A DNA stretch of 64,000 nt from the human T2T-CHM13v2.0 reference genome, Homo sapiens. The position numbers were made by a program, and so were the translations under genes. This document shows, one piece after another, positions 1-14,649 of this stretch (the stretch's first letter is position 1; each line of letters starts with the position of its first letter). The DNA lies in assembly GCF_009914755.1 (NCBI RefSeq), contig NC_060927.1, one strand, 5' to 3'. The notes beneath the pieces are model-generated. The model had not been told where the DNA came from and searched no databases. It saw only the letters and a program-made list of their open reading frames with translations.

Positions 1-2767
1 TTAGTGCTTAAGGCTGTTCCTGGCATGTAGCATAGGAATGCAGTACTCTTTTTGATTATTTAGTGATTAATTATTTAGTAATTAAGAATGCAGTACTCTT
101 TAGTGAAAAGAAAATTGTTTCTTTTATAATAAGATAGTTCTTTCTGAATTCAAAATCAAAATCAGATTCAGTTAATGTTTATTGAACATGTACTTTGTGA
201 CATATTTGTACAATGTACTTTAAAATACATTGTTATTCTATCATATGCTATTTAAATTGTTATAATTTTAGTGCTTTCCGAGTTATCTGCTCATCTCTGT
301 CCTATATTTTCACAACATTGTTGGAGAGATTATTGTTTGTAAATTTGTCATTTACCTTTTTATCGGTTTAAAAACAACACGTTCCTATATGTTTCTTATA
401 GTGTTACTATCACAGAAACATTCAATATGCTGGTTTATATTTAATTCAAAAATCATAATCTTCCCACATACTTTTTTATCAAGTACTAAAATTCTTTCAG
501 TGCAGGAACTGAACAATTATTGTGCAATTAAATGTAGTGATAAACTCAAGCTTAATTCTTAAGTGTCATGCTGAGGAAGTGAAATATGCTGTCCTCTATG
601 CAGGGGAAAATGGAGAGAACAGATTAAAGAAAATTTATATGAGAATACTTTCTTATGTCCCAAATAGCAATGAAATATGCATGTATATGTGTAGGTATGA
701 ATATATGTTTGTATATATATGTGCACGCATGTGTGTGTATATATGTGTGTGTATGTGATTAATTGCTGTCTAGATAATAAAGCTCTGAATAAAATAAATA
801 TAATAACATTACTTTTGACAGGAGGCTGGAAGTTTAATTAAGAAAAATTGAAAGATTCAATAACAGGTAAATAAAATTATAATTTCTCTCACTGAGACAC
901 CTGCCTTATACTACATTGATTCTGCAAATGAAAATTGCCACGTTGTGCCCTGCAGGAACTGTCTCTGCAGCTAAAGCTGTTCTTCTCACGGTTCTCAGAG
1001 AACACGTAGGATGTAAACAAAGTGCTCTGACAGAATTTTTTAAAAACTAGGTTAGTTAAATTCTGAATTTTAAAGGATGATAAATAATCAATCTGAGTAA
1101 AACAGCTGACCTGAAAATGTTTGTAGACAATATATTTAAATGCATAAAATAAATTAAATCAATGACATTGATATTATTAAGATACTACAGATAAGCGAAC
1201 ATTAAAAAGTGAGTTTTCATGAAGTCAGGTAAGGAACTATAAAGTCAGAAGTGACTAGAATCTTCTAATTACTTCATCCTATGAAGTAAGATTATTTTTA
1301 AGCACATTACATGCCATAATAAATACAGTTATTATTCTTCTAATGAAAAATTGAAAAACTGATTCAGAAGTTACAAATGATTAATAGTTAAAAAGTTGAT
1401 AATATTTACAAAATATAAAAACACATGACAATGTTTTCTAAAATACATTCCCTCTTAATAAGCCTGTGTATTGACTAGTTAATACACAGTGAAATAAACA
1501 CGTACCTTAACTTGTCTTACTTTAACTTTATATACTTTCAAGGGATTAAATAGACTGGAGATGGTGAGGGGAAAGAAAAGGATAAGGAAGAGAAGAGGGG
1601 GTCCAGGGAAGAAAGGTGCAGAGACTGAGAAAGATTGACCATTTACCATAAATCTAAAAGGCCCATGTGTGTGTCATGGTAGGTAGGAACATGCACACGG
1701 TACATGTGCGGGAGAAAATAGTGTTCATGTTTCATATGTGCCATATGCAAAAGAAAAATATACCATACAGAAAATTCAGTTTATTGTAATAGAGATGGTA
1801 TAAAGGAAAATATCATAAAGTATTTTGGTTTTGTATTCTTAAATTATTACTTATAGTATCTGCTCTATTTGTGCTTGATATTCGTAATTTGGAGAGAAAA
1901 ATTAGGGAGATGGGAAGGATGAAAATAGAATGCATAGAACAAGTTCTTAGGATTAGTCAATTACGCAAGTTTGTAAAGCTAACTACAAAATTCTAGTTTA
2001 AAAATGACTAGTAATGAGAACAAAAGTTCTTTAGAGTTCATGGGGCTTTGTAATATTTTAATTGCTTCTTTTGTGTTGAAGAACAAAGTACAAATCATAA
2101 TGATGTTGAGAAACGATGACCAAATGGAGATTAACGTGAAAGCACTCAGAAAATCCTTTTCATTTTTATTCATACCTGAACTTTGGGCACATACTTCTGT
2201 TTAATGAATATTGATGCGATAGACAGAAAAACATCATCTGTTCAAACATGGTCGGTAGTTTAAGGTTTCATTTTTCTATCAAACATCTTGCAGACCAAGT
2301 GATTTCATCAACATATTCAAATCAAAGCCTAGCACTTATTAAAGGTCACTTGTAATACTTTGAAACATAAGACAGAGAAGACAAGATGTTAACCTAAAAA
2401 CATTATAATGGAGTTTTTTCTAATAAAGTAGTAATTAATATTTCATATTTATAATAATTCATTAAATTCTACTAATAATTTCAAAATCATTTATACAAAT
2501 CTCATTGTAAACATTTAGTTTCTGATGTAAATGTTCTTAAAATGAGTAGGAAAAAATGTTATTTAATAAATGGTACTGTGACACTTGGCTTACATTGAGA
2601 AACATTTTGAGCTTCAGTTCTGACCATATAAGCACACATAGACTAAAATGTATTTTATAAAAATGCAGTTACACAAGTAGAATTTATAGGAGATTATTTC
2701 ATCTCATCTTGAAAATTGACCTGTAAAGAAAAAAATAAGGATTCTTTTTGGAAAAGACATATAGATT

Positions 2768-2776
2768 TGTGTGTGG

Positions 2777-2821
<45 letters not shown>

Positions 2822-2836
2822 TACATATATACATAT
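2768..2836. repeat. Compound (GT)n(TA)n(CA)n microsatellite
   Basis: gtgtgggtgtgtgtgtg-tatatata...-cacacacatacata read directly. Confidence 0.9.
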
Positions 2837-3589
2837 AAAAATGTCTATACACTAAAATCACCATAAACATACTAATTTTAACACTTTCAGCTCTGAAAAA
2901 ATGACAGTCTTATTAATGGAGAAAATGTTCTGCCACAAGAGGAATGATGTATAAAATAAAGTGTTTAAATGTATAACTGGGCTCCCATACACACACGAAA
3001 GAAACCACAAAGAAAAGGGGGGAAATAAAAGAAAAAAGAGAATCAGAAATCTTCATATATCAGGGAAAAGGTGGGTAAATATGTTGGTGAATCTATGCCA
3101 CACCTGGCTTACTAGTGTGGTAGAACAAATGCCTCGCTTAGCAATAGTTAGCGACTTGGGTTTTAGTCGCACATTTAATGTACAGGAAACAAAAGCATGG
3201 ATCCATACAAAGTGAACAATTGGATTCTAGACAGCTCAATTGCTACATCATCTTCTAAAGCTTGCACTCTCACTGGAAAAAAGAATTAGAGAAAAAGTAT
3301 CTGCTAACAGAGAAAAAGAAACATGACAAAAAAAACCAAAACAAACAAAAAACCACCAAGAAAAAGCTTATCTCTGCCTGGGCTGCTGGTGAAAACAAAC
3401 AAAAAAAACACAAAAGCTTCCCTTGATACTTTTTCTAGAAAAGAGGTATTTTTCACTCTAAGAAATAATCATGAAAACTATTCCTGTGAGAGTCATAGTC
3501 ATGCTCCTTTGACAACTGGAAGGACTCACTCATAATGCTAAGTACCGGGGATTCACACAGCTGCACAATCACCATCACTACTGAAAATA

Positions 3590-4139
3590 AAGCTCATGAC
3601 TAAAAATGACAAATCACATGAGTAAGAAATCCACCATGAGCAAGAGTGCAAAACCAACAAATTAAAGACTGAGCAGCCCAAGAACTTGAGCTAATGTAAA
3701 TATTATTCAAAATAAACTAGAAAATAAATAAGGTCTAAAAGAAAAACTGGAAGCTGTAAGAAAAGAATAGGCACTAAAGTAAAGAACATGTACATTTAAA
3801 AACAAACCAACTTGAAAATATAGAAATGAAAATAAAATAAGTGAAATGAAAAACTCTGTAGATAGCATAAACAGATATAACTGAAGAAATAATGTAAAAA
3901 ATTCTATTTATATCTGTGGGAATAATTTACAACAAAGTACAAAGAAATAAAGAAATGTGAAATAAGCTAGAAAATTTAAGAGATGGTATAACATGAGGTC
4001 TATTATATTATGAATAGGAATTCTAGAAAAAGAACATAAAATCTGGGAGGAGCAATATTCAAATATATGATGGCAAAGAAATTTCTAGATTTCCTGACAG
4101 ATAATGTTCAGATTCAAGAACAGTAGGCCCCAAGCAAAT
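3590..4139 (+). mobile_element. Ancient L1M fragment (ORF1 region)
   Basis: A-rich, with degenerate ORF1-like motifs (ggagcaatattcaaatatatgatggcaaagaaatttctaga...cagattcaagaa); boundaries approximate. Confidence 0.45.
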
Positions 4140-4838
4140 CACAAAATACCCCAAAGAGCCAAAGCAATCTCAAGTAAAAAAAATAAAGCTGAAGGCATCA
4201 AACTATCTGACTTTAAAATATATCGCTAGGTCATAGTAACCAAAGCAGCATGGCATTAGTACAAAAACAGACATATAGACCAATAGAACATAATAGAGAA
4301 TCTAGAAATAAATGCATGTATTTGCAGCTAATAGATACTTGACAAAGGTGCCAAGAACATCCAATGGGCAAAAGACAGTCTCTTCAATAAATGGTGCTGA
4401 GAAAATTGGATATCTATATGCAGATGAATAAAACAAGACCCCTATCTCTCACCATATGCAAAAATCAACTCAAGATGGATTAAATATTTAAACATGAGAC
4501 CTGAAACTGTAAAACTACTAGAAGAAAACAGGGAAAATACTTCAGAACAATGGTCTAGGCAAAGGTTTTACAGCTATGACCTCAAAAGCACAAGCAACAA
4601 GAACAAAAATAGACAAATAGGACTATATGAAACATAAAAAGCTTCTGCACACAAAAGAAACATTCAGTAGAATGAATAGGTATCCTGTTGAATGTAAGAA
4701 AATGTTTGCAAATTATTTATCCAACATGGGACTAATATCCAGAATATACAAGGAACTTGAACAACTCAACAGTACAAAAAAGTGGACACAGGACACGCAT
4801 AATTTCTCAAAAGAAAACATAAAAATGGCCAACAAGTA

Positions 4839-5192
4839 TGATATGTTTTGTCTGTGTCCCCACTGAAATCTCAATTCGAATTGTATCTCCCAGAATTCCC
4901 ACGTGTCGTGGGAGGGAACCGGGGGAGGTATTTGAATCATGGGGGCCGGTCTTTCCCATGCTATTCTGGTGATAGTGAATAAGTCTCACTAGATCTGATG
5001 CTTTTCCAGGGGTTTCCGCTTTTGCTTCTTCCTCATTTTCTCTTGCCACTGCCATGTAAGATAAGCTTTTCACCTCCCCTCATCATTCTGAGGCCTCCGC
5101 AGCCATGTGGAGCTGCAAGTCCAATTAAATCTTTTTTTGTGTTCCCAGTTTTGGATATGTCTTTATCAGTAATGTGAAAATGAAATAATACA
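4839..5192 (+). mobile_element. THE1A solo LTR (ERVL-MaLR)
   Basis: TGATATG...TAATACA termini; THE1A-type ggggtttccgcttttgcttcttcctcattttctcttgcc; 5-bp TSD aagta/aggta; host L1 resumes on both sides. Confidence 0.92.
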
Positions 5193-5861
5193 AGGTATAT
5201 GAAAAAAAATGCTCAACATCACCAGTCATCAGGGAAATGCAAATCAAAACCACAATGAGATATAATATTACCACAGTTATAATGGTTATTATTTAAAAGA
5301 CAAAACAACAGATGCTGGCAAGGATGAAAAGAGAACTCTTTCATCATTGGTGGGAATGTAAATTAGTACAACCACTATGGAAAACAATATGAAGATTCCT
5401 CAAAAATCTAAAAATAGAACTACCATACGACCCAGCAATCCCATTACTGAGTATTTATTCAAAGGAAAAAAATAGTATATCAAAGGGATATCAGCACTTA
5501 CATGTTTCTCGTAGCACTATTCACAATAACAAAGATATGAAATTAATCCAAGTATCCATCAATGGGTGAATGAATAAAGAAAATGGGGTATATGTTCACA
5601 GTGGATGACCATTTGACCATAAGAATGACATCTTGTCATTTGCAGCAACATGAATGGAACTGAAGGTCATTATATTAAGTGAAATAATTCAGGCACAGGA
5701 AGACAAATAATGCATGTTCTCATGCATATATCAGAGCTAAAATAATTCATCTCATGGAGGTAGAGAATAGAATGATAGATACCAGAGGCTGTGAAGAGTG
5801 TGTGGGTTGAGGAGTGGATGAAGAGAGGTTGGTCAGTGAATATAAACATAAAGTTAGATGA

Positions 5862-6144
5862 TTTTTTTTTTGAGACAGAGCTTCACTCTGTTGCCCAAGC
5901 TGGAATGCAGTGGCACAATCTCAGCTCCACCTCCCGGGATCAAGTGATTCTCATGCTTCAGTCTCCCGAGTAGCTGGGATTACAGGTGCCAACCACCATG
6001 CCCAGCTAATTTTTTATATTTTTAGTAGAGACGAGGTTTCATCATGTTGGCCAAGCTGATCTCAAACTCCTGGCCTCAAGTGATCTTCCTGCCTCAGCCT
6101 CCCAACCTGGTGGGATTACCAGGCATGACCCACTGCACTCGGCC
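5862..6144 (-). mobile_element. Alu (AluJb/Sz-like)
   Basis: Poly-T followed by gagacagag...gtagctgggattacagg...ggcc; small internal deletion. Confidence 0.92.
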
Positions 6145-6410
6145 TCAAAGAAATAAGTTTAATGTTCAATAGCAGAGTAGGGTGACTGGTTGGCAATGAT
6201 GTATTGTATATGAAAGTGGCTAGAAGAGAGAACTTGAAATGTTCCCATCACACAGAAACACTAAATACTCAAAGTGATGGTTACCCTAAATACCTTGACT
6301 TGATCATTATATTAATACATTATATTACTACATTCTAAGCATGTAACAAATACCCACATTTACCCATAAAAATGTAAAATATAATGGATCAGTTAAAAAA
6401 GAAAAATCTG

Positions 6411-6799
<389 letters not shown>

Positions 6800-8779
6800 T
6801 TATACATTAGGAATACAATACAATTGAAAATAAATTAAGATATAAAATACAGTTAATAACAAATTAAAGTATGTTCATGTCCTACTATGTGTCAGGTTGT
6901 TTTAGGCCCTGGAGATATAACAAGGAAGGAAACCCTGACAAAGCATACACATAGTCATTAAACAATATAAACAATATTCTGTTATACTAATACTCAAAGA
7001 AATAAAAATTATAATAACAATAAGATATGATTGATCATATATTAAGATTGAAAGAATAAAAAAGATAACAAATTGAAAATGTTATTCTCATAACTCTGTG
7101 TAGAAATGTAATCTGTATTGCATTTCTTATAAGTACCACATGCTAATTGATTGCACCACTGGAGCTACAAATTGGTATTACGTATCTATACATCTATTTG
7201 GCATCATCATCAATATGATGATGAATCTCAAAGTGTTAATGTAGAGTTCTTGCCCATAGAAATGTGTCATAAATATTTAGAGATGCCAACACATATTTCT
7301 GTATAAGTGTTTTCATAAAATTATTATTTTCTTAATAAGAAATGAAAAAGTCAGATGATAGGGGAATGTTGAAATAAATAATAGTATTTACATATAAGGA
7401 ATACAATGCAGCAGTGGAAAAAATGTTTTAAAATAATATTTAATGGAATAGGCAATAAATCTCATTATAGAAATATAAACAAAGCAAGATAAAGAGCTTT
7501 CATAGAGATTTTCGACAAGTACTCTGAACCATGTTAATAGTTTAAAATTTTGTAAATAAACACTAGAATTCTTAGAAACTGTATTTTTTCTTTTCTAAAA
7601 TGATGATAAAACAGATATGAAAATTCAACAATTATATCAATCAATCAACATAAAATAAAAATTTCAGTTTTCTGGTGAATCAGGATGTTATTCTAGAAAC
7701 TGATATTCTCCACACCTTCTTCACCTGGAATGCAAAACACACAAAACAAAATGAAACAACAAACAAAAGAAAACAACTCTAAGGAATTGACATTTTGGGA
7801 TGACTTAATGGGTTGTTTCTTATTTGTTTATCTGTTTTTTGTCATCTGGCTCTATTGTCTTTACCAAGTGCATTCAGTCTTAGTTGATCAAACAATCCAC
7901 TTCATGTCACAATATTGAGCATAAGGTAAATTACCTTATTTATCAGGTAATTCATCAATTTATCAATTTTGATTTTTTTATGGAAAACTTTTAAAAGGGC
8001 TTTCTGATTTAAGGAGAAGTTTATGAATCGTTTAAGTAAGAATGTAAGATTAGAAGGGGAATAGTTAGAATAGAGGAAAAGCATCGAGGGGAACCATAAA
8101 TATCCAGATATGGTGTGATGATGGCCTCAACTGGGAGATGGAGGGCTGACAGTGGGAAACAGGAAAGGCAAATAATGGAACATATATACTAGATCACACT
8201 ATCCATATATTTAAGTTAAAACCCATATATAAAAAGAGATACAAACTAATGGCAATTGGAGAAGGCTTAGAATAAACAGTGTTTTATATGTCCTAGGAAT
8301 TCCAGAATTTCATTCTCAAAGTTGAAATATGCTAAAACATTCATACAACATGCCTATATTTATTTACCAAACATTTTTGCAAGTGTATTCCAGAGGTATT
8401 TCAATTATACCTTTCAATAGATAAAATATCAGTTCTACAAAACTATTTTTTCCACAGAGAGATAATTTTGAAGAAATGAAAATAACTAAGTTTTTCAATA
8501 ATTATTTACTAAACATACACAACATACTGGGTACTGTGATTCTTGGTTGGGAGAGAAGCAGAGATGCATAAGATGTTGTCCCTGCTTGAGTTTAGGATAT
8601 TTTTTAACCAACAAGAAATACTATTTCCTTCATTGTTGCTGGAAAAGTTTATTTCATTGTTTTGGAGAAATTGAACTGGTCTAAAGAGACCTGGAATAAG
8701 AGTTCTCCCTCAGTGCTCACATAGCCAGTCTAATTACTCTTTCACAGCCAGATTCTCACATCTTCAATAGAATCACTTA

Positions 8780-9250
8780 ACACTGAGTTGAAAGACACCT
8801 TAGAGATCATGTAGTCCAACTTGCTAATCAGTTAATAAAATAAGAAGGCTTTACTGAGATCCAACCATGTAAGACACTATAAGACACTAGGGCTATATAT
8901 ACAGGCCCTACTAAGAAGAAGCTCATGATTTTGAGAGAGTCCTAACCTCAAAACTAAACAATGCAACAAGGCAAGACTATAATATAATTACATACATCAC
9001 ACCTAAGGATTACTGAGAAAAGAGTAATTCATTTGCATTTACAAGTGTGGTCATGGGAGGGGGGAGCAAACTGTGGAAGATTTAATAACATAGTAGGTAG
9101 GTGACATTTTAGCTAGATATTGAGATATTAATATACCAATAGAAGAAACAAAGAGAGCAGAGGAGTGTAAGGATGAAGACACAAGAAACAGCATGGTCGT
9201 CTGCAGAACTGAGTTGTTTTCATTTGACTAGACTGAAGGAAAGAAGACTA
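8780..9250. mobile_element. MIR/L2 remnants
   Basis: gttgaaagacaccttagagatcatgtagtccaac (MIR3-like), followed by L2-like purine-rich sequence; very degenerate. Confidence 0.4.
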
Positions 9251-10635
9251 TCTTGATTGACATCTATATTCTATGACCAGATGGTATAGTTACCCAAAGA
9301 AATATTGAGGTTAAATTAAAGAAGAAAATAAAGACATTGGTCAGGAAAAATCAAGAGCTATTCAATACAAAACTAAATTACTCAGTAATGAAGGGAAATC
9401 AGTAATTGGAGGCTAAAACTCAGACAGTTTTCTTAAAAAAGAAGTTTGAAGTAAACAGAGTGAGTGATAAATTCTGTGGGGTGGGATATTTCAAAGAAAC
9501 AAACATTACAGAGACTGCTGTAGATGGGAGCCTATGAGTCTTTTGGCTGCCCCTATTCCACATTTTCTTTTGACCTCTCTACTGTATTACAAGGACCCAG
9601 CCTCATCCTGGGCCTTTTAGAAGCATCTGTGGTCTGAGAGTTGCTTCCTGGCTGCATCCAGGAAGGGTAACAGTGCATTTGACATTGGGAGTGGGCATAT
9701 ACAAGCCAAAGGAAGTTGTCTGAATAGCAATCTCTAAATAACACAGAAATCTTTGGTGAAGAGCTCCGAGTGTGGACTGAACCTTCTTCAGCACTTATGC
9801 TCATCCTTTCTGAAGTCCTTGAGTTCTGCTTAAGAGTTGCCTGCAAGTCTTCTCTTCTCCAAGTAGCCACACCACTATTCTCTAAGTGGAATAAGATAAT
9901 AAGTAAACTCTTGATAATAGAAGCTTAAGCTGAAGTGTCACTGTGAAACAAGAATTTGAAGTAAAAATATCAGTCCACCAATGTGCTCATGATATCCTAC
10001 AACTTTACCCTGTAAATACAGTGCTTAAAATGAAGCATCTTCCAAAGCTTGTATTTAATCCCTTTTCATAAGCTAAGACCATCTTAGTATAGGCTATATA
10101 GCCCATCTACACATTTGCTTGAAATATTATTTGCAACTTCCTCTTAAATTGCAAATATTGCTATAGCATTGTCATATGTCAAATGTAACCCAGGAAGTAT
10201 ACAATTTGTGGATACAGAAGATGTCAGAGAGAAAGTATATTTATAGAATGGATAGTTACGGCACAAGAGAAAATCTATTAACATTGTCACATTAATACAA
10301 TTTGTATTGTATCAAGATTTGTTTAAAGTATTAATAAGAAAATTGTTTAAATACTCCATTTCATAGTAAAAATGTTTTATACCATTCTTAATGTGCATAT
10401 TTACCTAGGGTAACTGGCAGTTTTAAACGACAAAAACCTTGATCAGAAAACACTTAAGTCATTTCAGAATTAAGGGTTGTTTACCACAACGTCATAAGCT
10501 GTTATAAGTTTGGTGAAGTCTAATTTTAACTATAATGTCAATAGCAAGTACTGTGAGTAGGTGTTAAAACTTTATATACTAAGTATGTATACTAAAACTT
10601 CATATACTAAAAGCAGGTTAGGTAGGAAAATGAAC

Positions 10636-11287
10636 TGTGTTAGTCTGTTTGCATTTCTATAAAGGAATAGCTTTGTCAGATGTATAGATCGTGAAGATTT
10701 TCTCCCAGTTTGTGGGTTGGCTCTTTACTCTGCTGACTGTTCCTGCATATCTGACAAGGGACTAATATCCAAAATCTACAATGAACTCAAACAAATCAGT
10801 AAGAAAAAAACAAACAATCCCATCAAAGAGTGGGCTAAGGACACGAATAGACAATTCTCAAAAGAAGATATACAAATGGCCACCAAACATATGAAAAAAT
10901 GCTCAACATCACTAATGATCAGGGAAATGTGAAATGAAACACAATGTGATACCACCTTACTCCTGCAAAAATGGCCATAATAAAAAAATCAAAAACCAGT
11001 AGACATTGGCATGGATGTGGCGATCAGGGAACATTTCTACACTGCTGGTGGGAATGTAAACTAGCACAGCCACTGTGGAAAATAGTGTGGAGATTCCTTA
11101 AAGAACTAAAAGTAGAACTACCATTTGATCCAGCAATCCCACTACTGGGTATCTACCCCAGAGGAAAAGAAGTCATTATTCGAAAAAGATACTTGCACAC
11201 ACATGTTTATAGCAGACAATTCACAATTTCAAAATCGTGAAACCAATCTAAATGCCCATCAATCAACGAGTGGATAAAGAGACTGTG

Positions 11288-11318
<31 letters not shown>

Positions 11319-12110
11319 CCCATATCATATCATATATATCTTATATCATATCATATATATACACATCATATATATATAATGGAATACTACTCAGCCATAA
11401 AAAGGAATGTATTAACAGCATTTGCAATGACCTGGATGAGATTGAAGACTATTATTCTAGGTAAATTAACTCAGGAATGGAAAATCAAATATTGTATGTT
11501 CTCACTGATATGTGGCAGCTAAGCTATGAGGACACAAAGGCATAAGAATGTGACAAATGGACACTGGGGACTTGGGAGGAAGAGTGGGAGGGGGACAAGC
11601 GATAAAAGACACATATATGGTGCAGTGTATACTGCTCGGGTGATGGGTGCGCCAGGATCTCACAAATCACCACTAAAGAACTTACTCATGTAACCAAATA
11701 CCACCTGTAACCCAATAACTTATGGAAAAATAAAAATTTAAAAAAGGCATACCTGAGACTGGGTAATTCATAAAGAAAAGAGGTTTATTTGGCTCACGGT
11801 TCTGCAGGCTGCACAGGAAGTGTGATACTGGCATCCATTTCTGGTAAGGGCCTCAGGAAGCTCACAATCATGGTGGAAGGCGAAGGGGGAGCAGGCATAT
11901 CACATGGCAACAGAGAGCAAGAGAGAGAAGGGAATAGGTGCCAGGCTCTTTAAAACAACTCAGTGCATGAACTCATTCCCACAGGGAGGACACCAAGCCA
12001 TTCATGAGGGACCACCCCCATGACCCAAACACTTACCACCAGGCCTACCCCCAACATTGGGAAACATTTCAACATAAAATGTGGAGGGGATAGATATCTG
12101 GACTATATCA
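10636..12110 (-). mobile_element. MSTB-like solo LTR (MaLR) split by an L1PB1 insertion (pieces 10636-10669 and 11743-12110)
   Basis: tgtgttagtctgtttgcatttctataaaggaata joins cctgagactgggtaattcataaagaaaagaggtttatttggctcacggttctgcaggc...gactatatca. Confidence 0.88.
10670..11742 (+). mobile_element. 5'-truncated L1PB1 with 5' inversion (10670-10743 inverted)
   Basis: L1PB1-type 3'UTR (aagctatgaggacacaaaggcataagaat...cccaataacttatggaaaaataaaaa); first ~74 bp is reverse-strand L1; TSD aaagg(a/c)ata; internal (TA)n at 11288-11378. Confidence 0.9.
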
Positions 12111-14633
12111 TGGGCTTACACTTAAATCTCTTTATTTCCTAGAACAGGTTCTTCATTACTTGAGAACTACCTACTGTATTTCCCATGGCTCCAATTTATG
12201 AAATTTGAATGTCATGGCATTTACTGGGCATTCACATTTACCATTACCATAGCCATGGTTGCATTTATGCAAGTAACAGTCATGTCTTTGTCTTTGAATT
12301 AGTTTATGACTAATGTTCATTTAATCAGAATGGACATTAATAAAACACTAGCAGAAAATGTGTCATTATCTTTGTAGCAGCAATAATCTATAGTATAAGC
12401 AGGCACTTTCTACTAAATTAGTATCCATTTTTACTAAATCTCATTCTACTAGCTTTCAGTAATTCATGCATCTTCAAAAGTTACCCAATGCAGTACTCAA
12501 GAGTGGTTTATTTATTAAGAGGTTCTACATTGTAGGGTGTCAAAGGATGGGCTAGGCAGTCCCCAAGTCTAAATTAAAAATTTTAAGCATGATGGTTTGA
12601 GTTGCAGTTTTTCTATTCAGACTGAAACTATATCTTAAAACAGTTATTTAGAGACAGGAAAAGCACTTTTAGCAAACATATACAGAGATAAATTGTTTCA
12701 GGAAATAAAAATAGGCTTTCTCAATGTTATGTCAACTCAAATTCTCAAGAAATTATCATCGAATAGAATTAGACAGTTTTCCTGTTGCTCATTCAAGCAG
12801 ATGGTCGGCATTGACCATCATTTAATGATAAAGCAACACAGAACAACAATATGAATTTTCTCCTCAAAAGAATATTAATACTTTGATCAGTATAAAGTAT
12901 TCGCTATATAGGTTAAGTAATGAGTGTCTAGATATGTCTCCACAGAGGTACGTGCTACTATGGTTTTGGTGATAAGTTATGGTTTTTCTATAGTTTAGTA
13001 GAATATATAAGCATTATGAGACATCACTTTTTTTGCTATAGAAATTACATTAAATTTGTTTTACGTTAGGAAAGCCTACAAGAGTGTTGGATATTGTTCA
13101 TTTGTTTGTTTTTTGGTCTGGATGGCAAGTAGAAACTTCAATCAGAGTTGTCTTGGCAACTTCATTATTAAATTCCTGTAGGGTCAGCTCTGATTAGGGA
13201 GCAAAAAAGCAATAAACAGATTGTGAACCTCCAGGTTCCCAAAGACTTTGCATCTTTCCCATAATTTGGCACTAATATACTAGGTAGATAAAATGCTCAT
13301 ATTCTTATTACTCCTTTCATTTTAAAGAAGGTTTTGAAAACAACCAACCACACGAAACCTCAACCAATAATTCTTTAAGTTACTGGTAAAACTGATCATT
13401 TTTCCCCAAAAAAGGTCTTCAAGAGAATAAAACCTACAGTAAATTTTTTTATTGAGTATATTTATGCTTTGTACCCAGACTATTTTTTAAAAAATTTTTA
13501 AGTCACTTACAAAAAAAGTATTGAAAGCCAGAGAATTACAAATGAAGCAAGAAAAGAAATATCCAAGTTATGTAGCAGAAAGGATGCAGAGAGGGGTACT
13601 GTGACCTTTGGTTCATGGCAGGCACATGGATGACTACATTAAGGGAGACAGCAAATATTCCAAGTACTAAATGTTTTCATGGCAGCACTATGCAACTAGA
13701 GCACAGCATAAAGACATGAGCGTTTCTAGAATCCCCTCCGAAAAACGCTCAGAAACGTGACTTTATAAACTTTGCCTGTTACAAAATTTCACCTTCAGGG
13801 TGCATCTGCTTTGCCATTTCTCCCCTACTTTATTTTTCTGCCCCAGGAAAAGAACAGTAAACTGTTATCCAAAATATGTTTGGAAGGATGAGTTAAACAA
13901 AATTAAGAGCCAATTGCTGAGAGTTAATCCAGAGTGGTAAAACTTTTATTTCATTTATTCAATAAAAACAAACAAAGTTTCTAAGCAGGGATCTGTCATT
14001 CCTGGCCTCTCCCCATACAAACACTCTAGAGTTAAATTATAAGCCTTTTGTAAGCTGGCACCAATACTTCCATTCTAATTATTTTTATTTTAAATGCAGG
14101 TTTACATTTCTGTTAATTGTTTAGGTGATTTCCATGAATAAAAGAAATTAGAGAACTTGAGAGGGGAAGAGAGAGGCCTGTATTGCAGGCTACTCTGACT
14201 GTAGCATGCAGTGATCATTCACCCACAGACTCAGGAAATACAATGGAAAATTGATTAAAGGCATGTTTATTATTGATGAGTGTGCATCGCACAAATTGCG
14301 TTCAAATAGTCTTAAAAATTCTTAAAATGCTTTTATATAAAAAATTTAGAACAATTTCAAACAAAAAGTTGAATTAAAAGCAATTCTTGTACCTAAAGTC
14401 AACTCCTCATTAGAAACTTTTGCTATTACAAACGTTTTCCAGGTCTTGGATGGACACTTTTACTGCATTTTTAAATGAATTTTTAAAAAGTAAAATTCAA
14501 ATTAGCTAAAGTAACTTTACGTACTTTGCATACAGTACATTACTTAACTTTCTAGATTCTCACGGTCCACTTTCATACTATGCCCACTATGTTTGCTTTT
14601 TCCTCCATTATACTGGCAATTTCTTTAATTACA

Positions 14634-14649
14634 CCAGCAGGTGGCACTA
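14634..14649 (+). promoter_or_regulatory. Candidate CTCF binding site
   Basis: CCAGCAGGTGGCACTA matches the core CCASYAGRKGGCRSYA; lies in apparently non-repeat DNA. Confidence 0.6.

Larger units (their letters stand above)
4140..6405 (+). mobile_element. 5'-truncated L1MA (L1MA4-like) ORF2 3' part and 3'UTR, interrupted by THE1A and an Alu
   Basis: L1 ORF2 C-terminal motifs (agccaaagcaatc...gaaggcatcaaactatctgacttt; ttcaataaatggtgctg; gaaatgcaaatcaaaaccacaatgaga) and an L1MA-type 3' end with A-tail near 6395-6405. Confidence 0.85.

Noticed and set aside
822-866. 45-nt AG...GT candidate exon
   Set aside because: Short pyrimidine tract, weak donor (gtaaat), and stops in all frames.
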